64,000 nucleotides of DNA from contig MU626319.1 in assembly GCA_025603075.1 (NCBI GenBank), positions 45,365-109,364 on the forward strand, given 5' to 3'. The translations under genes were made by a program, and so were the position numbers. Origin of the DNA: Neoconidiobolus thromboides FSU 785. Taxonomy: Eukaryota > Fungi > Entomophthoromycota. Below, piece after piece: positions 12,742-25,462 of this stretch (its first letter is position 1; every line of letters begins with the position of its first letter). The notes under the pieces were generated by a model. The model was not told the DNA's origin, did no database searches, and saw only the letters and a list, made by a program, of their open reading frames with translations.

Positions 12742-15623
12742 ATGGGTGTACGCAATTTCGAAGGTAAAAAGGATAGTAAAATAGATTGATTATAAGTTTA
12801 AAAAAAATAGTTTATTTAGCAGACCATCAACTTATTCAAACTGTACCGTTAAATCTTCTTAAAGATTGTAAAATATTAGTTGAGGGTCACTTATGGTTGA
12901 AAAAGATTTTAACAGGAAGCAATAAAGAATCTCCCACTGTCGCTATGGGAGGGGCACCTATAGGTTTAGATGATTATATTATTAAGGAACTTAACTATTT
13001 CAAGTAACTAATTGACATTTCAACTATTAATTTAAAGTACTAATAAAGTTTAAGATCTAATGGAATTAAAGCCACTTTCGTATTTACCTCATTAACCCCC
13101 TTTAAAAAAGACAGACCCTTTAGTACTGAGGATAAACGTCCCCTTAAACGCACACAAGCTTGGGAAGCGTATGAAAAGGGAAATTCGGAACTTGCTACTT
13201 CTTTTTGGAATACAGCTAGTAATTTCAAGGTTTTAATTAATTTTTAATATTAACATGTTTTAGCTTCAACATATCAGCCTGAACTTTTAAATATTGTATT
13301 TAAGACTTTGACTGAAAATAATGAAGACTTTATCCGTGCACCATATTCTTCTTGGGCTCAAGTAATTATTATTCAATCATCAATTTAAAATATTTATTTC
13401 TTATAGATAGCTTACATTTCCAGAATGGGACAAGCACACGCCGTACTTGCTGGAACTGAGGCCTTGTTATTTGGAGTAGAAAAATTAATTACTGCAATTA
13501 ATTTTGAGGTAAAGCTATTTTTTTGTCATTTAAATTTTTCTAACTTTTTCGCAGAAAAATGAATTTACATTTATTCATAAAAGTAAAGCTCTTCAAGAAA
13601 TGCAAATCAACGATGACCAGCTTTTGGATATCGCTGTTTTGGCTGGATTTGATTACTGCTCCACATTTCCTCCACTTGCAAGCGATAATAATAATTCAAT
13701 TTTCAAATGTAAGATGTTTAACAAAAATTATACTTTTATAATAATATATTTATTTTAGCTGCTTTGGAAATGGTCAGGCACCACAAAACTGGGTTCAATG
13801 CTGTTCAGGCATTTACTGAACATCCAGAGGTGATGATTTACTTACTATTATTTGACATTATATTGAATATTTTTAGGTAGCCAGAACAAACTATGTTGAT
13901 AATTACTGTAGAGCTGTCTGCTCTGTCAAGTACCAACCTTATCTTAGCAGATCCGGAGTAGTTGAACCTTGTAACGCTGAAACTGCTCCAAAGTAGATTT
14001 TTAATATTATTACTATTTAATTTACTAACGTCATACAGTGATTTACAAACTTTTATGGGACATCGTTTACCTGACGAAGTGTACTATTATTTATCAAAGG
14101 GACTTATAAGTCATCATGTAGTTTTTTTAAATATTTAAAAAAATATTTTTTTAACATTTTGATAAGGTTGTCAGTGCATTAATTACTGGTATTATAGTAG
14201 ACACACAGCCACTTTGTAACGGATTTAAGGAGTACCGCAAATTGTTAAATGACTTAATTGAAATCAGATCTCAAACTTTAGCTTTATTAACCAGGCATTT
14301 ACATGGATTCTTCCAATCACGCAAAGTGGTAAGTTGTTTAAAAAAAAACTTTAATTTGAAGATTTTAAAATTTTAAACTTAAGCATGCTGTGTATTGGTT
14401 TGAGCCTAAAGAAGAACATAATCTCATTCCTTATGACAGCGTTGTTCTTCCAAAGTTGCATACTGCTAAATGGCGCTGTAATCACGATCTTATTGAAGCT
14501 GAAAAACAACGCCAAAATGTATACTATTATTTAATTATAGATAATATCATACTTACACAATTTTAGTTTCAAGGAGAATCTGATATATTCTTTGCTGCTA
14601 TTGCTGCTCAATCACCAAAATTTTTAGAAATCGAAGATTCTGGACCGATCCCACTTTTAAAAACTGTAGATCAAATTTTAGTTACTACAATTACACGTTT
14701 CCTCGAACTTCGAGGGTAATTTTGCTTTTATTCGTTTATTTATATTTTTTTATTTATATTTTATTTATATATTAGAATGCTTGCTCATCCTAATGGGACT
14801 TATCCTTATGGTAATGCATTGAACAGTGCTATAGATGGGTTTGAAGACATGCCTAATGATGGTATGGAAGGATTGATTATAGCTTTAGAGCTTTTTAAAC
14901 TTGGTCTCCTTAATAACCAACCATATGAATTTGAGTATAAAGATATGTGTACCACTCATATTCCAGGTATTTCTTTTAAATTTGAAAATTCTTAACTAAT
15001 TTTTAAATAGAAAATGAACTTCCTCATGCTCGTCTCTTTTCTAGAGTTGTATCTCTTATTACAGTCGGTTATGAAGTAAAACTTTTTTATTAAAAAATTA
15101 TAATATTAAAAAGATTAGACGGCACCATGGGAGGGACCAGTGGATCGCAATCTTTTGTGCTTCCAAAGCTGTGCTAGACTCGTATCCCGTAGCTTACGTC
15201 ATTATGTCGAAATGGTAGCAATGGGTATAATACTTGGTGGTGAAACTGTAAAGCCTAGAACCGATATTACAAAAATTGCACAACGGTAAATTTTATTCAA
15301 CTTTTTTAAATATTTTATAAATATTATATAGTCTTCCATTTGTACAAGAAACAAATACTGCTTTAGGTGTACTAGCTAAACTCTTTTTAGATCGTGTTTG
15401 TCAATACCCAGAAACTGACATAAACCATTGGTTTGAACCTTCTCAACTACCCAAAACATTTGCATCTTGTGCGGATGTACAAGAGGATCTTTTCCGAGGA
15501 TTTGATTTCTGGGATCAAGTGTACAGTGCAATTATAACATTAAAAGGAAATTCAAAAGAAGGTGATGTAATTGTACAACAATTTATTGATGCGAATGAAT
15601 GGTTATCTAACAAACGACTATAA
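12742..15623 (+). CDS. MKT1: Post-transcriptional regulator Mkt1 (XPG/FEN1-like PIN fold), multi-exon
   Basis: Spliced segments MGVRNFE, FIRAPYSSWAQ, FLDIAVLAGFDYCSTFPPL, VWFE, IALELFKLGLL and WEGPVDRNLLCFQSCARLVSRSLRHYVEM match the Mkt1 N- and C-domain pattern. Confidence 0.82.
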
Positions 15624-16306
15624 TTTTAACTAAAAATGAAAAATAATAATAAAAAAGATTTTATCAAAACGTTATGGGATGCTGGACCCATTTGCATGTC
15701 CTGTTTGTATAATATTCATTAGCTTTGAATATTAAACGTATTTAAAAAAATAAAAGGATCCAAACTTAAGTTTAATGTTTAATAGGTTATTGTGTAGTAT
15801 AAAGTTTATTAACAAAGTTTTACTTAAATTACTATGATATTTGTAATAAATTTAAGAATTTAATATGGTTTGTAATCAAATGAATGCTGAATAAAACTTC
15901 AATATAATTCTTAAAAAATAATGTTGCTTTTAACACTAATTAGAATATTGCTTTTAAGATACTTAATATTTTTTTTATTAAAGGATTTGTAATTTATTAC
16001 GTAATTGAGCAACAGATGTAGTCGAAGATGATGTTGAGTACTTAAATATAAAATTAACTTTAAATGAAGTTTAGTAGAAAGTTTCAGCTGATATCAAAGA
16101 AAGTATATGAGAAACAATGAGTTAAAATAGTAGTTGAACAAAAAATATCGTTAAAAGAGCAAAACAAGCTGAAAGTATTAAAAATAAAATAATAAATTTT
16201 ATAAATCCCTAAAAAATCCAACTTTGTTTTCTAAACTAAAAAAATACAATTTAAAGATCATTAAAAAACAAAAAGAGAAAAAAACAATGTGAAACCTCAA
16301 AACAAA

Positions 16307-17791
16307 TTAATGATTAAGTGGTGGTGAACTTTTTTCTGGTTTAGGGCGGTGAGTGTCAACGGCTTCAATTTCAGCAGAAAAGCGTTCTTCTACTGTACCA
16401 TAAGCCATAGGTGTAAGTTTGATAACAGTATGTAAAGGGATTTTAATGTATGGGATCTCACTTTGTGGAAGATCCATAAAATACCCATAGATACATCTTA
16501 ATATAGCTTGATGGCCAATAATGAGAATATTTTGTTGTCTTTCTAACTCCATAATAACTGGTTCGAGCCTCAAAATGACATCCTTGTAAGATTCTCCTCC
16601 ACGATAACGATAACTAAGTTTATCATCATCCCTATTTGCATAATCTTCCGGATATTTTTCAGCAATTTCTTCATAAGTCAAACCATCACACACACCAGCA
16701 TCTAATTCATCTAGAGCTTTCCATTGTAATTTTGGATATGGAAGATTTTTTCCAGTAGCAACGGTACGCTTCATTGTAGAAGTCCACACTTTAAGGTTTG
16801 AAGTATCAAAATTTTTACTAATAAGTAAAGGTAAAGTCTCTGAATATTGAGAGCCTTGAGGTGAAAGCTCTGAATCGCCTCCAATTTTACCCTCTGTATT
16901 ATATATACTTTCGCCATGCTAAATAATTTTTAAGTTGTGTTGAATTTGGTGAAGTTAAAATTAAACTTACTCTACTTATAAAAATAGATCGTGGTGCAAT
17001 ATGCAAATTCATCAAATAGTATACAATACGTGATTCAAGATAGCCTCTAATACGATTCACCACATATTTAGCTCCAACATTAATAATCTTTATATAAGTT
17101 AAATCTAATTCTTCAATAGTTTGGTAGGCTTTTTCATAATGAGATATTCTGTTTTTGAAATCTTGAACTGCAGCTTGCTTTTCTTCTAACTGAGCATAAT
17201 CTGGTGAATTTGTTTTTACTGCAATAATGTTTTGAAGAATGAGTTCTTCATCATTACAAACAGACTCTGCAAACATTACTTGTACATCATTTTGGCTACA
17301 TAAATCTAAAATAAAATCACGTCTTTCTTTCGTTGAGTTAGTTGCGTCATAAATCCCTACTTCTCCACCATGCTCTTCAAACCAGTTAAACATGTCTTCA
17401 AGTGCTTCTTTAGCACTTTGTTCCCTTTGATGTTTAGCTTCTTCATTATTAGGATCAAAAAAAGTATGTGGTTGAGAAGCTCCCCAGTCACGTCTTCTAT
17501 AGTTACCAACGTTAAATACCTTTGTACTGATTCCGAGCCAGCGAAGATATCTTGAAACTTTTTATTTTTAACAAATAGAAAATGGTTTGCTATATTTAAT
17601 ACCTTTTTGACCAATAAATGTTTTACCTCTTGCAGGTAATCCGACTAGCTAAATTTTAATTAACATAAATTTTTTAATACATTTTAAATATGGTTACCAC
17701 ACAGGCTAATTTAAGGTTTCCTATAAACAAATATATTAATTAAGCCCATATTATAAAATAAATACTTACCACCAACAGTAACAGTTTTCAT
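16307..17791 (-). CDS. FBP26: Bifunctional 6-phosphofructo-2-kinase / fructose-2,6-bisphosphatase
   Basis: LVGLPARGKT, VFNVGNYRR, IYDATNSTKERR, RHGES histidine-phosphatase motif, LDELDAGVCDGLTYEEI and YRYRGGESY. Confidence 0.92.
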
Positions 17792-18470
17792 TGTAATTAT
17801 AGAATAAAACAAGAAAGAATATTAATCAATTTAAGTACTATAATAAAAGTATTCAAGGATAAATTAGAAAGATTAAGCTTCTTTAAAATTTCAAATAGAA
17901 AATTGAACTGATTGATTTTTTAACAGTTAATTTTAATTGAAATTAACTAAAAGTCGGAATATATTGTTACATATTAAAATTCAACACTTAACCAATCATT
18001 GACGTGTTCATTATAAAACCAGGCTTGTTATTAATTTAAATAGCTTTATTAATCATTGAATAGGCTAGTGTTTTTATAATATTATAATATGATAAGGTTA
18101 ATATTATATAATACTTTATTTCTAATACTATTAAATTGAAAGGCTGACAAACTTAGAACTGTTCGATATTTTAAGCCACCTGCTACGTCCAAAAATATTA
18201 GGATTCGTTACCAACCAATAAAAAAAATATTCTATTTACATTCAAAGAATTTTTTTTTAGATTGAAGATTTTTTTTAGAATAAAGTTATTCTTGGCTATT
18301 TAGCCTTAAATTTATTAGCTTGAAAATTGAACAACTCGAATAACAAGGTTTTCGAAAGCTCTATTTGATCAGAGTGGAATTTTTCTATCAAACTCCTACT
18401 AATTATATAACTCTGTATTTAGTTAGAATTAAACTTGAATTCAACTTGTCTTGAATTAATAATAGCTAAC

Positions 18471-18730
18471 GAAACTATGACCAGTTAGGCTTGTTATAGT
18501 GCACCTTGGCATGGAAATAGTGGCAAATTTAATTTGCTTGTGCCATCCAAAAGATTGGCAGCTTCAATATTAGTTAGTCAAAACTAAAGCTTGATTTTTT
18601 TACTGTTTTATCTTTAATAAAACCTGTTAATAAAACATTCCCTGCTACAAAAATGGTTGTCTTTTTGTTTAACTTTATAGTATACAGTTTGATAGATTTT
18701 CCATAGAGAATCTAACTATGATTTTTAAAT
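18471..18730 (-). repeat. Decayed dispersed repeat, inverted relative to 37820-38080
   Basis: The reverse complement aligns with 37820-38080 (shared AATGTTTTATTAACAGGTTTTATTAAA.ATAAAACAGTAAAAAAA); differences are largely transitions. Confidence 0.75.
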
Positions 18731-19603
18731 TTTTGTGTTGGATAGAAAAGGGATAGAAAAGTTAAGGCAAAAATCAGGTTACAGTCAAGAAAAATAGGAA
18801 TTAATTTTTCCCTGCTAATTCTCGCAGAATTTATTTTGTTTTATAGTTAAAATACTAACCAAGGAAACAATTGAAGCTTTCCAAGCTTAGAAATACAGCT
18901 TGTATATAATAAAGGTTAAAACTAAGGTTAAGAAGGGTTAATATCAGAGTCAAAGTTAAAAAAAGTCAAGGAAGAGGTGTTTAATTTTACTTTATTAAGG
19001 CAAATCAATTAACCTTTGCCTGTTTAGTAACTATTTATTATTTGAGTTTTTTTTAAAACAAATAAAAATTTATAGTGATTTCTTTTTTTTAACTGCCACT
19101 AAACATATAAGCCATTTTTAACCAATATTAGTATAAAGTTAAAATCCCATAAGATAAAAATTTAGCATAAATTGTTTTTAATATAAAAAAACAGGAAGTG
19201 CTTATAACTATTTAAAGAGCTATTTTACATGAAAATAAAAATAAAATATTAGCAAATCATTTTTGTTTTTAATTGTGTTTATATTTATAAAATAGTAGTT
19301 ATTCAACTGTTTAATTATAAGTGTTAAAAATTTAAACTAATTTAAATGGCTAAAGTTCAAATAAAATAAAATAAAAGCTTATCAATTTTTATAATCAAAC
19401 ACTTTAAATATCCAGGGATAAAGTTTTTCAAAAGTAATCCAAACAAGATAGTATGATTCATTTTTTTGTTAATAAAATTTTCAATGAATTTTTATTATAA
19501 ATTATAAAATCAAAATCAAATCAAAACATTTTTATAAACATTTAAATGTTTTTTTAGGCAAATTTTAACTACGAAACTTGCAAATTAAAGTAAAAATTAA
19601 TTC

Positions 19604-19702
19604 GGGGCTATTTTTTTTGGTTTCATTACTTTCTTCATTTTTTAAGTGCTATTTAAGCGGAAAGATTGTTAGTAAAGATCTTAAACAAAAAAATACATCC
19701 CC
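19604..19702 (-). mobile_element. MITE family 1, copy G
   Basis: Reverse copy; one terminus is mutated (GGGGCT). Confidence 0.82.
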
Positions 19703-20035
19703 ATATAAAAATACATAATATAAGTTAGTTTAGAAGCTTGATTCAATTTTTATCTAATTTAAATTTTTAACAAAAAATAAAATCAAGCACAAAATGCTAT
19801 GAAATTATCCGCTTTTTGCCTAACTAAAACCATATATATATGAGCATTTTCTTATCCAGTATTACCCAAAAAATTTCAAAAATTTACGTTACAGAAAATG
19901 GACAAAAAATATGAAATAGAAAATTTTAGCTTTAACTTTGAGTTTCCAAGCTTACCCATATATAAAATTTATTTTAGAAAAAGCTGTAGGAAATTCCAAA
20001 CTTATTCTTAACCATGGGACTTGACTTTGATTTCT

Positions 20036-20672
20036 CTAGCTTTCCTTCTCTTCCACAGCATATCTAATAAACTTGGTATGTCTACCCAATGCAATAACCT
20101 TTTGTTTATCTCCTTGTTCTTTCCATATTTTTACAGATGTATAAGCTAAATTTTTTCCAAGTTTATCCACTTGAGAAGACTACTGTATGATTAGCAACCA
20201 AAATAAAAAAGTAATAAAAATCTTTAAAACCATTTAGGTTATTACCATCTTCACTGTCTCCCCCAGTTTAGCTCCAGCTAAATAACTAATACTAATATCG
20301 GTAGAAACTCCTGTTTGTTTTAAATCCATAGTATTGATGGCTAAGGTACCACCCATATCGATCAAGGTAGCTAAAAAACCACCATGTAAACTATCGTTGA
20401 TATTCTAAAATTAGGAAAAATAAGTTAATAAAAGATTTAACTGTTTTCTATCAATTTTTTCTTACTAAATGCTTTTCTTCCACTTGAAATTGATGAGTTA
20501 CTTTACCGCTGTCCGCGTTAACTAGGGTCCATGACTGAAGTGGTATTAATCAATGAGTTTTTTACAATTATAGATAGGATACTTTGGGCATCACTAATTG
20601 AGTATAACCATTCTTTTTTAATAATGTATTTGTGTACGCTTTTAAGTTGGTTATTAAAGTGGATTTACTCAT
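20036..20672 (-). CDS. Hotdog-fold acyl-CoA thioesterase (ACOT13/THEM2, PaaI family), 4 exons
   Basis: Spliced MSKSTLITNLKAY..VMPK|SWTLVNADSGKVTHQFQVEEKHL|NINDSLHGGFLATLIDMGGTLA..GVSTDISISYL..|..KLGKNLAYTSV..IALGRHTKF. Not in the ORF track. Confidence 0.88.
20535..20582 (-). other. Candidate GT-AG U12-type intron (48 nt)
   Basis: Donor GTATCCTAT (U12 consensus RTATCCTTT); branch-like TCATTGAT with its A about 15 nt from the CAG acceptor. Confidence 0.5.
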
Positions 20673-21013
20673 TTCCGTTTTTCTTTATATAATTAAATTA
20701 ATAAATATTGAAAAAAACGATTATATTACTTTAATTAGAATAAAGCTAGACTTTAAAAATAGTAATGTGCGTTTTGAGCTATTCTTTAAACAATCAAAAA
20801 TAATATACTTATTTGATATTGAATTTAAATTTATAAATTCAATTGTGGCTTCAAAAGACTTCGAAAATACTGCTGGAATTTAATTAAACCAATTAAAATG
20901 GATTGCTTATAAATGATTCATTTGTAGGTTGAACAAATTTACCCAAAAACTAATAAATTTAACTCAAATAAAAATAGTTGACTAGTTTTCAATTGACAAA
21001 AACAATCTACAAC

Positions 21014-24000
21014 ATGTCAGATGCCAAATATTTTCAACGGGGTACATCTTTGGTGTAGATTATAATAAATAACATAGTAATATTCTCTTTTAGGTAAAAT
21101 CCAAGAACTTCGCAATGAGTTAAACTCCGATAAGAAAGATCCCAAGCATCAAAAAAAGAAAACAGTAATGAAAAAGATAGTAGCTAACATGACCATGGGA
21201 AATGATATGTCTTCATTATACACAGATGTAGTAGCTTGTATGCAAATCAATGTATTAGAAATTAAAAAAATGGTTTATCTCTATTTGATTAATTATTCGA
21301 GAGCTAAACCAGAACAAACTAAAACAGCTATTGCTTATTTTTTAAGAGTAAGTAAATAAATTGACCTTCCTTTTTTCATAATGATTAATATTAATCTACT
21401 TTCATCATAGGACGTTAATGACCCAGACCCATTAATTCGAGCATTAGCTATACGTACTATGAGTTATATTCAAGTTAAAGAAGTGATTGATTCTCTTATT
21501 GATCCATTAAGAAAAAGTTTAAAAGATAGTGATCCATACGTTCGAAAAACGGCAGCTACTTGTGTAGCTAAATTATATTCTTATGATCGAAATTTAGTTG
21601 ATGAAGAAGGTTTTATGTCCATGTTAAAAGATTTATTATTAGATTCTAATCCAACGGTATGTGTTTTTGATATGTTTCTATTGTTGCAAAAAGATCAATA
21701 TATTGATTTATTGATTTTAGGTGGTTTCTAATGCAGTAGCTGCATTAGCTGAAATATCGGAGCGTTCACCTGAATTAACTTTGCAAATCAACCTTAGAAT
21801 TGCTAGTAAATTGATCGCTGCATTAAATGAATGTAATGAGTAAGTTTTTGCATCTGTATTTTTATAAAGTATCCTTTTAACCTATATAATTCAATTAGAT
21901 GGGGCCAAGCTTACATTCTTGAAACTTTATTATATGTAGTACCACAAGAACCTGGAGATGCTGAAATGTTAGCTGAGCGTGTAGCGCCACGATTACAACA
22001 TGCCAATGCCAGTGTAGTTCTTAATGCTATTAAAGTAATTATTTATTTAATGAATTATATGGGTAAAGAAGATGATGTTTTAAATTTTTGTAAAAAATTA
22101 TCACCACCACTTGGTAAGTTTTTAACTATGATTTTAAGATTCAATTATAAAAAAGGAATTAATAATTTTGTTTTAATTTATTTTAGTCACTTTATTATCT
22201 TCTGGACCTGAAGTACAATATGTAGCTTTAAGAAATATTTTATTAATTATTCAAAAACATCCTGGCATTTTAAAAGAAGAAATCAAAGTTTTTTTTTGTA
22301 AATATAATGATCCAATTTATGTTAAATTAGCTAAATTGGAAATTATATTTCGATTGGCTACTTCAGCTAATGTTGGTCAAGTATTGAATGAACTTGTAGA
22401 GTAATTGTTTTTTTTATAATAGTAATTCATTAATCTAGTTAATCTATTTAGATATGCTTCTGAAGTAGATGTTGATTTTGTTCGTAAATCGGTTCGTGCT
22501 ATTGGTCGATTAGCTATTAAAATACCAACTTCAACTCAACGCTGTATATCTGCGTTATTAGAATTAATTCAAACTAAAGTTAATTATGTAGTACAAGAAG
22601 GTATTGTTGTTATTAAGGTAAGCGATTTAATATGATTTAAATTTAAATAATATTAAATATTGGATCTTTTAGGATATTTTCCGTAAATATCCTAATAAAT
22701 ATGAGGGTATTATCGGTAAATTATGCGAAAATTTAGATTCTTTAGATGAACCTGAAGCCAAAGCAGCAATGATTTGGATTATTGGTCAATATGCTGATCG
22801 TATTGATAATTCCGATGAAATTTTAGAAGGCTTTATGGATTCTTTTTTAGAAGAACAACCAGAAGTAAGTAAACTTTATTATTAATTATTATTATTACTA
22901 ACTTAAGTTAAATTAACATTAATATTTTATATTAAATAGGTGCAATTATCATTATTAACAGCAGTAGTTAAATTATTTATTAAAAGACCTACTGTTGGTC
23001 AAGAATTAGTACCAAAGATACTTAAATGGGCAACAGAGGAAGTAGATAATCCGGATCTTAGAGATCGGGGATATATTTATTGGAGGTTATTATCAGCTGA
23101 TCCATCAGCAGCTAAAGTAAAATTTAGTATAAAAATTAATACCAACAAGTATTTTATTAACATATTAATTAATATTATCAATAGGCTGTTGTATTAAGTG
23201 AAAAGCCGGATATTTCTACGGAAACAGAGAATATAGAAATTGCATTATTAGATGAATTATTATTACACATTTCTTCATTAGCTTCTGTTTATCATAAAAT
23301 ACCATCCACTTTTATTCCTGGATCAAAACCTCGATTTTTGATTGATTCAAAAGTATTACATTGCATGATTCCATCTCAATCCGAATCTACTATAGAAGAT
23401 AACAATAATAGTAATAATAATAATAAGTAAGTAGAATTTGTTCAATATAATTGGGTTTTAATTGGTCATTTATTTTATAGATCTATCACAACCAATGGTT
23501 TTGGTGATGAAAATAACGCACCTTTTGATGGGGGTTTCTTTAATAATGCTTATGTGAATGATGTAGCTCCAGTAAATGAAGGTCAAATAGTGAATTTATT
23601 AGATTTAGATTCTGGTGATTTTGCCTCTGCTATGGGACAAGTAAATAGTACTACTGATTTTGGGAATGGAGAAATGGCAGATAGTAATATTGTATTTGAA
23701 TCTGGGTTATTGAATCAAAGTATGAATGGCTCTATTAATAATTCAAGTAGTTATTATGATTCTTCTAGACAACAATCAAGTAATAATAATAGTTATCCAA
23801 ATGTACAATCTATTTTTAATTTCAACAATAATAATGATTCCATTCAGTTTGGTCAACAAATGGATTCCCCTTTCCCAATGGCTAATTCATCCGATTATTT
23901 TGCTAATCAATCTCAACAAAACATGAGTTTTAATAATAGTAGTAATAATGTACTTGGTAGTATGAATACTTCATTTAATTCATCTAATCAAGCAAATAAT

Positions 24001-25315
24001 ACATTTAATAATATAAACAACACCAATTCAAATATGTTTCAAAACCAAAATAATTCCACTTCGAATCAAATGAATTTCAACAACAATAGTACTGGTACTT
24101 ATAACCCTTCTAATGAAACTTCAATCTTTGGAAATATAGGGTTTAATAATAATAACTCAAATAATTCATTTGGGAATTCTAGTTCCAACAATAATTCTGG
24201 GAATTTATTACATGGTAATTAGAATAATTTATGAAGTATAATTTATTCCCACAATTAATTTTAATACTTTTAGATACTAATACTAATTCCATGTTCCATT
24301 CGGGCGCTCAATCGCCTTTAAGTCCTACCTTTTCAGAATCAAATATTAATTCAATTAATCTCTCAGATAGTATGAATCAGTTACAATTAAGTAAGATTTA
24401 TTTTACTATAGTATATATATATGAATTGGAACAAAACATTAATTTTTTTTAATTAGATGATACTTATATACCTGCCAAAACATTATTAGTTGACCAACAA
24501 ACTAGTCAAGGATTAGAAATTCATGGTACTTTTGGTCGTATTACTGGAAAAAAACAAATGTCATTACAATTTGTTAATCGTAGTCAAAAACAATTAATGG
24601 ATTTTGCTATTCAATTTAATACTAACACGTAAGCTTATTTCTATTTAAGTATTAATTTAAAATTAATGTATTAATCTTGAATTTAGGTTCGGTTTATCAC
24701 CTGATAATTTACAAGTACCTATATTAGCACCTAATCAAAGTCATACAACAACAATTGAATTAAATTACAACAATTCCATCTCATTAACTTCCCCATTAAA
24801 TTCATTACAATTAGCATTTAAATCCAATCTTGGTGTATTTTATTCCCAAACAGATATACCCTTACATTTATTATTTAATGAACAAGGAGGTTTAGATCAA
24901 AAAGATTATTTATCTTATTGGAGGAATATTGATTCCAATCAAGAAGTTAAACAAAGTGTAACAAACATTAAACCAATACCAAGTACTGAATGGTTAAGAA
25001 ATAAATTACATAAAAATAATGTATTTACAGTGGCCGATAGAAATATCAATAATAAGGTAAATATTTAATATAAAATTTTAATTTTGATTTATTAATATAA
25101 TAATATTTTTATTTTTATTATAGACTTATATGTTTATTTCATGTACACTGGATGATAATACATTGTTTCTATTGGAATTGACATTTGAAGGGGTTGGTGC
25201 TACTAATTGTAATTTAGCTATTAAATTAGTACCTAATACAGGTTCCCTTGGTTCTAATTCGATCCATTTAATCCCTTTATTTTATAATGCGGTGAATGAT
25301 ATACTTAAATCTTAA
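21014..25315 (+). CDS. APL1: AP-2 complex beta subunit (beta-adaptin) with hinge and appendage domain
   Basis: [30 protein letters not shown] (fungal AP-2 beta style), [17 protein letters not shown] and [15 protein letters not shown]; LLDLD in the hinge; appendage [15 protein letters not shown]. Confidence 0.88.
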
Positions 25316-25462
25316 TATCTTTTAATTATATCTTAGTTTCAATTATTATAGTTTTTTTTTATTTTAAATTTTAAAATTATATTATAATAAAGTTTAAAAA
25401 ATCATGTTTTTTTTAAAATAAATTTTTATTGAAAAATAAACTTATATCTTTTATTTTATTAT

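Noticed and set aside
15674-15701. GC-rich hairpin ATGGG/CCCAT just after the MKT1 stop
   Set aside because: Only a 5-bp stem with no family motif, so it cannot be distinguished from chance.
21868-21882. GTATCCTTTTAAC inside an APL1 intron resembling U12 signals
   Set aside because: The intron opens with a standard GTAAGT donor and splices in frame as U2-type; the word is internal.
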